DNA from: a virus
Taxonomy: Duplodnaviria; Caudoviricetes
Strand: one strand, 5' to 3'
DNA: 64,000 nt
Virus record (IMG/VR): IMGVR_UViG_3300033067_000113
Span: 1-64,000 of that record
Shown: positions 54,789-62,122 of the stretch, piece by piece
Layout of the letters: each line of letters starts with the position of its first letter
Position numbering within the stretch: the stretch's first letter is position 1
Notes under the pieces: generated by a model
Told to the model about the DNA's origin: nothing
Databases searched by the model: none
What the model saw: only the letters and a program-made list of their open reading frames with translations
Made by a program: the position numbers and the translations under genes

Positions 54789-55952
54789 ATGTCAGAACTA
54801 CTAAATGGCCGTTGGGCAGAGACTAAAGAGGCCCTATTAGAAGGCCTACAAGGAACAAAGAAATCAGTAATGGGCGTGACTCTAGAAAATACTAAAAAGT
54901 ATTTGCAAGAATCTGCTACTGCTGGTGCAACTTCTGCCGGCAACGTCGCAACTTTAAACCGCGTGATTCTACCAGTAATCCGTCGTGTAATGCCAACCGT
55001 TATTGCTAACGAATTGGTAGGTGTACAACCAATGACTGGCCCAGTTGGTCAAATCCATACATTGAGAGTTCGTTATTCAGACAGCTCAAACAATGCTGGT
55101 GTTACTGCTGGTGAAGAGGCATTAAGCCCATTCAAGATTGCTGAAGGCTATTCAGCTGACTCAACTGGTAAGGCTGTTTCTACAGCATCTCTAGAAGGTC
55201 AAGCTGGTAAGCGTATGAGCATTCAAATCTTGAAGCAAACCGTTGAAGCTAAGACTCGTAAGTTAAGCGCTCGCTGGACTTTCGAAGCTGCTCAAGACGC
55301 ACAAGCCCAACAAGGTATCGACGTCGAAGCAGAAATCATGGCTGCATTGGCTCAAGAAATCACTGCTGAAATCGACCAAGAGATCCTAGCATCTCTAAGC
55401 TCACTAGCTGGTTCAGCCGCAGAGACATACAACCAAGCTGCCGTTTCAGGTACTGCTACATTCGTTGGTGACGAACACGCTGCTCTAGCTGTTCAGATCA
55501 ACCGTGTTGCTAACTTGATCGCTCAGCGTACACGCCGTGGTGCTGGTAACTGGGCCGTTGTTAGCCCAACAGCATTGACAATCCTTCAATCTGCTACTAC
55601 AAGCGCATTTGCTCGTACAACAGAAGGTACATTCGAAGCTCCAACAAACACTAAGTTCGTTGGTACATTGAACAACGCAATGAAGGTTTATGTAAACAGC
55701 TATGCTACATCTGACGATGTATTAGTTGGTTACAAAGGTTCATCAGAATCAGATGCAGCGGCATTCTATTGCCCTTACATCCCATTGATGAGCTCTGGTG
55801 TTGTACTAGATCCATCAACTTTCGAACCAGTCGTTTCATTCATGACTCGTTATGGTTATGTTGAGTTGTCAAACACTGCGTCATCTCTAGGTAACGCAGC
55901 TGACTACTTAGGTAAAGTTGGTATCACTACAGCTAACGTCAAGTTCAGCTAA
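54789..55952 (+). CDS. major capsid protein, T4 gp23-like
   Basis: LPVIRRVMPTVIANELVGVQPMTGPVGQI, VEAKTRKLSARWTFEAAQD, EIDQEI, AFYCPYIPL, DPSTFEPVVSFMTRYG. Confidence 0.95.
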   Translation: MSELLNGRWAETKEALLEGLQGTKKSVMGVTLENTKKYLQESATAGATSAGNVATLNRVILPVIRRVMPTVIANELVGVQPMTGPVGQIHTLRVRYSDSSNNAGVTAGEEALSPFKIAEGYSADSTGKAVSTASLEGQAGKRMSIQILKQTVEAKTRKLSARWTFEAAQDAQAQQGIDVEAEIMAALAQEITAEIDQEILASLSSLAGSAAETYNQAAVSGTATFVGDEHAALAVQINRVANLIAQRTRRGAGNWAVVSPTALTILQSATTSAFARTTEGTFEAPTNTKFVGTLNNAMKVYVNSYATSDDVLVGYKGSSESDAAAFYCPYIPLMSSGVVLDPSTFEPVVSFMTRYGYVELSNTASSLGNAADYLGKVGITTANVKFS

Positions 55953-55980
55953 TCAACTTACCGTAAGGTTAGTTAATACT

Positions 55981-56002
55981 AAAGGGCTCTTCGGAGCCCT
56001 TT
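55981..56002 (+). terminator. intrinsic terminator after the capsid gene
   Basis: AAAGGGCTC-TTCG-GAGCCCTTT: 9-bp stem, C(UUCG)G tetraloop, U-rich tail. Confidence 0.85.
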
Positions 56003-56014
56003 CTTACGAATGAC

Positions 56015-56107
56015 TAAATACTATGTATGACTTACACAGGGTAAGTTTTATGCGGAAATCCAACCGCGTATGGCCTAGAACGCCATCTTTCTTTAGGAGA
56101 AAATAAA
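56015..56107 (+). promoter_or_regulatory. late promoter TAAATA (56015-56020) plus three-hairpin structured 5' leader
   Basis: ACTTAC/GTAAGT, TATGCGG/CCGCGTA and TGGC/GCCA stems ahead of the AGGAG RBS. Confidence 0.55.
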
Positions 56108-57019
56108 ATGGGACGTCCTTTAAATAAAAAATATTTTGGTAACCGCAATGCCGGTACCGCAGTTGCAGGTGATGATGGACTTGGTGGTAATCAAGTAGCT
56201 AGTGTTACACTAGGTACATTAGGTTCATTCACAACACGCCCAACAGTAACATTCAGTGACCCAGATAAAGCAGCTCTTGGTGGTGTAACAGCCACCGGTA
56301 CTGTAACATCTGAAGTTCTTAGCGCAGCCGTTACAGTTGCTGGAACTAACTATGTAGTTGGAGATTTGCTAACAGTTACTACCGCAGGCGGATCAGCTAT
56401 TGCGTATGTTGCGTCAGTTGATACAGGCGGTGAAGTTTTAACAGTTAACTTTACAGGTACTGGTGCTAGCCGTGGTAGCTTTGAAGCATTGCCAAGCGGT
56501 GCCCAAGCAACTACAGACAACAGCGTAGCAGGTGCTGGAGCAACATTGACTCTTACATTCCGTGCTAAGGCAGTTGTTATTACTAACGCAGGTTCTGGTT
56601 ATACAGATGCAACAGATGCAGCCGCATCATTTACTCAATCAGTAACTGGTACAACAGTATTAGGTACTTCAGCAGTTGTTGGTCAAAACGAAAATGCTAT
56701 TTCTATGGTAGCATACTTGACTGGTGGCTCAGCTGGCGCAGTTGACATCATTCGTCAAGTTAGTACAAATCGTTACAAAGTAACAGACGGTACTCGTACA
56801 GGTATTGTAGCATTAACATCTACAGAAGCTGACGCAGCCGGCGAAGGTAGTATCCTTGCTACTGACAGCGATGCTGGTACTTACTATGTTACTAAATTAA
56901 CTGCTCACAAAGCAACTGTAACTCGTGGCACAGGCACACAATTTGCTACAGGCCAAGCAGTACAGTGGACATTTGATGCCGCTACTGAAGGCGCAACTGT
57001 AAAGATTGCTAACGCTTAA
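56108..57019 (+). CDS. putative virion (head decoration-type) structural protein
   Basis: 303 aa, Thr/Ala/Gly/Val-rich and beta-type; own late promoter and downstream hairpin; right after the capsid gene. Confidence 0.6.
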   Translation: MGRPLNKKYFGNRNAGTAVAGDDGLGGNQVASVTLGTLGSFTTRPTVTFSDPDKAALGGVTATGTVTSEVLSAAVTVAGTNYVVGDLLTVTTAGGSAIAYVASVDTGGEVLTVNFTGTGASRGSFEALPSGAQATTDNSVAGAGATLTLTFRAKAVVITNAGSGYTDATDAAASFTQSVTGTTVLGTSAVVGQNENAISMVAYLTGGSAGAVDIIRQVSTNRYKVTDGTRTGIVALTSTEADAAGEGSILATDSDAGTYYVTKLTAHKATVTRGTGTQFATGQAVQWTFDAATEGATVKIANA

Positions 57020-57025
57020 TTAGTA

Positions 57026-57045
57026 TAGGGGACTTCGGTCCCCTA
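57026..57045 (+). terminator. UUCG hairpin (terminator or RNA-stability element)
   Basis: TAGGGGAC-TTCG-GTCCCCTA; no clear U-tract. Confidence 0.6.
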
Positions 57046-57059
57046 CTTAAGGATAATAC

Positions 57060-58130
57060 ATGTCAAGAATTTTAAGAGTAAGTGAAGGTGATTACCGAGT
57101 CCAGGTTCAAACTGGGGGTGTTATCACTTTGGATACTGGCACTGAAACCGGTAAAGTTGTTGTAACCGGAGACTTAGAAGTCCAAGGTAATACAACCACT
57201 GTTAGTACTGCTAACTTGGCAATTGAAGACAACATAATCTTACTTAACAAAGGCGAATCATTAACTCACGCAGGTATTACTGAAGGTACTGCTGGTGTTG
57301 ATATTGCACGAGGTTCAAGACCTGTTGCAAAATTAGTATTTGATGAATCAGTACAATGGTACGATCCGGCAACTAGTACACAAGTTACTGGTACATGGGT
57401 ATTTAGAACAGGCGGCGCTCGATACGATGCAGACGGCTTGCCAACGGGAACAGTCGACCCAATTAAAACATCAGGTATTCGTGTAGCATCTATTGCTAAC
57501 GACGGTACTTCTGATTTAGTATTTGACTTACAGAATTCAACAAAGGTATTGTCAGTAGCTAACAGTACTAACTATGAAGCTCGAGTAGTGTTAAACAACC
57601 ATATTCCTAATAGAAAATATGTACACGACTATGTAGCAGCCACAGGTGGTGTAGCTGATGTGGATACAATTTATAAAGAAGATGTATACGGTACAGAAAT
57701 GGCCCGTGTTAGAACTAATGCGATTGGTAGTAACGGGTCAGTTACTGTCCTTATCGAAGAAACTCTATTGTGTACATTTGCTTCTTCTGGATTAACATTC
57801 CAGAATAATATTAATATTAATAACAACACAATTACAAACTTTTCAGTTAACAACTTAACACTATCTGCTCAAGGTAGTGGTATTGTTGAAGTTGATGCGT
57901 TTATGCAATTAGACGATCGTTCAACTATTACAACACCTGATCCGTTATCAGTAGCACTTCCTACAAACTATAGCGGCCCTGTACTATTTTCAAGTACAGT
58001 TCGAGGCTCTGGAAAAACAGGTATATATTTTGTTAGAGAACGATTAGCCGACGACGGCAGTGCAACTGAAGAAGTTAAAGACGAACTAGTTGCAAAGAAT
58101 AGAGCATTACTATTCAGTATGATATTTTAA
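57060..58130 (+). CDS. putative virion structural protein
   Basis: 356 aa; GDLEVQGNTTTV..NL.IEDNII.LN motif also seen in 9113..10801. Confidence 0.6.
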   Translation: MSRILRVSEGDYRVQVQTGGVITLDTGTETGKVVVTGDLEVQGNTTTVSTANLAIEDNIILLNKGESLTHAGITEGTAGVDIARGSRPVAKLVFDESVQWYDPATSTQVTGTWVFRTGGARYDADGLPTGTVDPIKTSGIRVASIANDGTSDLVFDLQNSTKVLSVANSTNYEARVVLNNHIPNRKYVHDYVAATGGVADVDTIYKEDVYGTEMARVRTNAIGSNGSVTVLIEETLLCTFASSGLTFQNNININNNTITNFSVNNLTLSAQGSGIVEVDAFMQLDDRSTITTPDPLSVALPTNYSGPVLFSSTVRGSGKTGIYFVRERLADDGSATEEVKDELVAKNRALLFSMIF

Positions 58131-58139
58131 GGACACATA

Positions 58140-58481
58140 ATGGCAATTTATAACACATCGATTACTACATCGGCAGCAGAATTGAGTAGCGGTTCTGGTA
58201 ATCGTGCGATTACTACTGTTATTGTATGTAACACAGCAACATATAACCCAGCAAGTCCAACAAGCGGACTAACATACTTGTATTTGTATGCAGTACCAAG
58301 CGGCGGTAGCGCAAGTAGTCCAGCAACTGAAACTACAATCGTAAACAAGCTGCCTATTCCAGCTGGCGAGACTGTAACATTTGATCAAGAAAAGATGGTA
58401 CTAGGTACAGGCGATATGCTAGTTGGTAAAAGCGATAGCCCTGCAAACTTAGTAGTAACAGTGAGCACATTGGCAGTATAA
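58140..58481 (+). CDS. small putative virion protein
   Basis: 113-aa beta-rich ORF; resembles 61381..61713 in its pattern (..IP.GE.....EKMVL..GD..). Confidence 0.6.
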   Translation: MAIYNTSITTSAAELSSGSGNRAITTVIVCNTATYNPASPTSGLTYLYLYAVPSGGSASSPATETTIVNKLPIPAGETVTFDQEKMVLGTGDMLVGKSDSPANLVVTVSTLAV

Positions 58482-58999
58482 TGAGATACTTAAGACAACA
58501 GAACATTAATCGTAGAGCGCCGTATGATCAGCGTCTTTATGTAGACATGACTGATAGTATTGTCATGACAACAACTAATAACATGCTTATGCCTAAGGGC
58601 ACAACAGCAGAACGCCCTGTAAGTCCAGTTAACGGAATGATTCGTTACAATACTGATATCGTTACAGGCGGCGAAGTTGAAGTTTACCATAGTGGTACTT
58701 GGAGAAGCCTACGCTTTAAAGAGTCTACAGGTATTACCCAGCAAAACTTAGGTAACGGCGATGCTGTTGAAACATACTTTGGCCCATTAACTCCTACACC
58801 TCCTACTCAAGTTGCTAGCAATACAACTTGGGGCGGACAAAACTTGATTGTAGTTGTAGAGAATGTGCTTCAAATCTTTAACACTAACTATACAATCGTG
58901 CAAGATCCAGTAGGAAAGCCTACAGGGTATTATATTTCTTTTGATTCCCCAGTACCTTTAGGTAAACCAGTTACAGTACTACACGGTTTCGATCAGTAA
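58481..58999 (+). CDS. putative virion structural protein
   Basis: 172 aa; PKGTTAERP..GMIRYNTD..EVY..G.W module shared with 59014 and 60304. Confidence 0.6.
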   Translation: MRYLRQQNINRRAPYDQRLYVDMTDSIVMTTTNNMLMPKGTTAERPVSPVNGMIRYNTDIVTGGEVEVYHSGTWRSLRFKESTGITQQNLGNGDAVETYFGPLTPTPPTQVASNTTWGGQNLIVVVENVLQIFNTNYTIVQDPVGKPTGYYISFDSPVPLGKPVTVLHGFDQ

Positions 59000-59013
59000 T
59001 CTAAGGAAGCGCC

Positions 59014-60183
59014 ATGTCAAGACAACTTGGTAGAATTAGCGGGCCGTTACTATCAGCAGACTTACAACGACAAGGGGTAGACCTTGCGTTTGAAACTGAC
59101 CTGCTCTACCTTAGTGTTGATGCAGTTGACGGCGGTGGAACACTAGATCCTACTAAGTTTCGTATTGGTATTAACAGCGATGCTATTCCTGTCGACAGTT
59201 CTCTTTTTGTAAACAATACTGTTCGTAGTACAAATTTAATTACTACAACACAGTTTACAGTACCTAATTTTTCTATCACAACAAATACAATCCAGCAACT
59301 CACTGGTACATTGTATATCCAGCCTAATCAAGCAGACAATCCTACAATTACAGCAGTAGCATTAGGTACTTCAAGATTACGATTTGATAATAACGAAATC
59401 TTAAATGCTACAACAGATAGTGATATTAACTTTAGTCCAATTGGAACTGGTATTACTAACATTCGTAACAGTGTAGAAGTATTTGGCAGTTTACATGCTA
59501 CTGGGAATATTACATGGGATGGTGATATTACACTAGGTAATAGTGCCGACGACAATATTACATTTGCGTCGGATATTAATAGCGACATTGTTCCTAACTA
59601 TCCTCTAGATTTATTATCTACTGAGCTGGGCGATTTTTTAACTACTGAAGATAGCGACTTTATTGTTAATGAAGTTTTAGAATCTTATAATCTTGGTAGT
59701 GCAATTAAAGTATGGAATACTGTTCATTCAAACATAGTAGATACTAGATCAACTTATGCAGAGTTAACAAGTGTTACAACTATGACTGCTGGTAATTTTG
59801 TAGCCAATAGCAACGCTTTAACAAATGCAGTAAGTACAGAACCTATGTATCTTACTCCCAACGGAACTGGACAAGTACTGTTTGACAACAATCTCTATAT
59901 TCAGGGCAACAACTTTATTAACCAGTTTGATACTCCTTTTACACTTGCTAGTACTGGACAAGGATATGTTAAGTTTACTGGTAATAAAGGTCTTGCAATT
60001 CCACTCGGCCCAACAGTAGGACCAGAAGGTGCAGAAATCGGCATGATCAGATATAATACTGATCTAGGGTTCGTCCGAGTATTCAACGGCACCGACTGGA
60101 TATCTGCCATGGGCAGCTCATCATCTGTCAGCCTAGAAGACACTTACGATACTATGGATATCTGGTCTCTTGTCCTAGGTTAA
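59014..60183 (+). CDS. putative virion fibre-like protein (paralog of 60304..61377)
   Basis: GRISGPLL..L.R...DLAFETDLLY N-terminus and GMIRYNTD C-terminus. Confidence 0.65.
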   Translation: MSRQLGRISGPLLSADLQRQGVDLAFETDLLYLSVDAVDGGGTLDPTKFRIGINSDAIPVDSSLFVNNTVRSTNLITTTQFTVPNFSITTNTIQQLTGTLYIQPNQADNPTITAVALGTSRLRFDNNEILNATTDSDINFSPIGTGITNIRNSVEVFGSLHATGNITWDGDITLGNSADDNITFASDINSDIVPNYPLDLLSTELGDFLTTEDSDFIVNEVLESYNLGSAIKVWNTVHSNIVDTRSTYAELTSVTTMTAGNFVANSNALTNAVSTEPMYLTPNGTGQVLFDNNLYIQGNNFINQFDTPFTLASTGQGYVKFTGNKGLAIPLGPTVGPEGAEIGMIRYNTDLGFVRVFNGTDWISAMGSSSSVSLEDTYDTMDIWSLVLG

Positions 60184-60196
60184 AAACCCAATCAGC

Positions 60197-60303
60197 TAAA
60201 TACTATACTGCAAAAGTTTGTCCAAAACTTTGCGATATCAAACTGTGGTAAACCGGCAATGTAATCAGGTTAACCGTGAAACACGGGGTATACAGGAGAG
60301 CTG
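60197..60303 (+). promoter_or_regulatory. late promoter TAAATA (60197-60202) plus structured 5' leader
   Basis: GCAA-A-AGTTT/AAACT-TTGC and CCGTG/CACGG hairpins ahead of the AGGAG RBS. Confidence 0.5.
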
Positions 60304-61377
60304 ATGGCTGTTGGACGAATTTCCGGTCCGCTCTTGAAAGCAAATCTGCTACGCAAAGACTTAATGCCTCTTGCGGAACAGAACTTAGCGTTCGAGACCG
60401 ACCTACTCTATATCGATGTTATTAACGGCCGAATTGGTGTTAAAACAACGGCTCCTGAATACGACTTAGATGTCGCTGGTACAACACGCACATCAAATTT
60501 AGAAGTAACTACTACTGCAACACTAGCAACATTTACGATTGTTGGCGACACTATTAGTAGCACAAGTTCTAACATTAACCTTACACCTCAAGGTACAAAT
60601 CCAGTAGTTTATCAAGGTACAATTATTGTTGATCAATTAAGCATCAACACTAATACTATTGCTACGACTGGTACAAATACTAATCTAGAAATCACAACTA
60701 CTGGCACTGGCAAAGTAAATTTTAATTCCGATGTTGAAGTGTACGGTGATTTGCACGCTACTGGCACAATTACTGCTGACGGCAACATTCAACTAGGTAA
60801 TGCTGATACTGATAACATTGTTTTCAGCGGCGAAGTTAACAGTGATATTTTACCAAACATTGATAACACATACAGTCTTGGATCAACTTTAAAGCGTTGG
60901 TATACTGTATACTCAAATATTAATACTGTTACAACAACAAACAGTACATACTTATACACTGATAATTTTCAAACTACTGGCATAGATATTACTGGTAACA
61001 CAATTACTACTAGAGTTACTAATACTGATTTACACTTGAACACTACTGGCACCGGCGGTGTTAGAATTGGAAACTTGAAGTTTTTAAATAACACAGTTAC
61101 CAATGTTTCAACTAACGCAATTACTGAATTTACAGAAACTGGGTCTGGTTATGTAAGAATTGCTGGTACTAACGGTGTAGTTATTCCAAGCGGTGCAAGT
61201 AATACACGCCCACAAATTGCATTCCAAGAAGTTGGAATGATTAGATTTAATACAGATTTACAGTTAGTAGAAGTGTTCAACGGCAATGCATGGACTTCTG
61301 TTGCAGGTACATCAGGCGGCGTAACATTTAATGACGCAACAGAAATTGGTGTTGCAATGGTACTAACATTAGGATAA
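60304..61377 (+). CDS. putative virion fibre-like protein (paralog of 59014..60183)
   Basis: GRISGPLLKANLLR..LAFETDLLY, GDLHATG.I..DG.I.LG, GMIRFNTD. Confidence 0.65.
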   Translation: MAVGRISGPLLKANLLRKDLMPLAEQNLAFETDLLYIDVINGRIGVKTTAPEYDLDVAGTTRTSNLEVTTTATLATFTIVGDTISSTSSNINLTPQGTNPVVYQGTIIVDQLSINTNTIATTGTNTNLEITTTGTGKVNFNSDVEVYGDLHATGTITADGNIQLGNADTDNIVFSGEVNSDILPNIDNTYSLGSTLKRWYTVYSNINTVTTTNSTYLYTDNFQTTGIDITGNTITTRVTNTDLHLNTTGTGGVRIGNLKFLNNTVTNVSTNAITEFTETGSGYVRIAGTNGVVIPSGASNTRPQIAFQEVGMIRFNTDLQLVEVFNGNAWTSVAGTSGGVTFNDATEIGVAMVLTLG

Positions 61378-61380
61378 AAC

Positions 61381-61713
61381 ATGGCAACCCTTTTTAAAAA
61401 CAAATTATATTCAGAATTAGGAACAGACAATACAACTGTGCTAACTACTGAATCAAACGCAAAAACAACAGTTATTGGTTTAAGTCTAACTAACCTTACA
61501 GATAGTATTGTACTAGTTAGTGTACAACTTGAAGATACAATTACTACAGACACTGCATTCTATGCAAAGGATGTGTTAATTCCACCTAATCAAAGTTTGC
61601 GTTTAATTAACGGTGGCGAAAGATTAGTATTAGGGCCGTCAACTAGTGTTAAGATACAATCTAACACACTTAACTCTTTAGACTTAGTAATGAGTTATGT
61701 TGAGATTGTTTAA
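61381..61713 (+). CDS. small putative virion protein
   Basis: 110-aa beta-rich ORF with AGGA RBS. Confidence 0.6.
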   Translation: MATLFKNKLYSELGTDNTTVLTTESNAKTTVIGLSLTNLTDSIVLVSVQLEDTITTDTAFYAKDVLIPPNQSLRLINGGERLVLGPSTSVKIQSNTLNSLDLVMSYVEIV

Positions 61714-61722
61714 GGATAGATT

Positions 61723-62103
61723 ATGACATATTATGTAGGTAACGAAAACAGTTTAGCAGATTTATTAGGTGCAGGCAATCCTAGATATTTCTATGCGCTT
61801 CGTAGAACAGACGAAGGCGAATTATTCTTTGCAAAGATTGACCAACTTAAAGACACTGACGATGTTATCATCGTCAATGATCCAGGTTTAACTGAAAACA
61901 GTTACGAAGAGTTTTCATACGGTACTGACTACTTTGATGGTCGCTTAGAAGAAGATCACTCTAGACCGTTTACTAACCTACATTGGGATCAGTATCGTTG
62001 GGACAACAAGAACATTTATTACTACATTAATCCTAACGGAGAGTTTGTAGTCAGAGTAAACAAAGAATATGTTTATTCACCAGATCAAATCGTTAGCATA
62101 TAA
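61723..62103 (+). CDS. hypothetical protein
   Basis: 126-aa aromatic/acidic ORF with AAGGA RBS. Confidence 0.6.
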   Translation: MTYYVGNENSLADLLGAGNPRYFYALRRTDEGELFFAKIDQLKDTDDVIIVNDPGLTENSYEEFSYGTDYFDGRLEEDHSRPFTNLHWDQYRWDNKNIYYYINPNGEFVVRVNKEYVYSPDQIVSI

Positions 62104-62122
62104 GCATTAAGGACAAATAAAA

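Noticed and set aside
60245-60290. c-di-GMP-I (GEMM) riboswitch resemblance (GGTAAACC, GAAA-capped stem)
   Set aside because: The GACGCAAAGC junction and the receptor-bearing second helix are missing; kept only as an unassigned structured leader.
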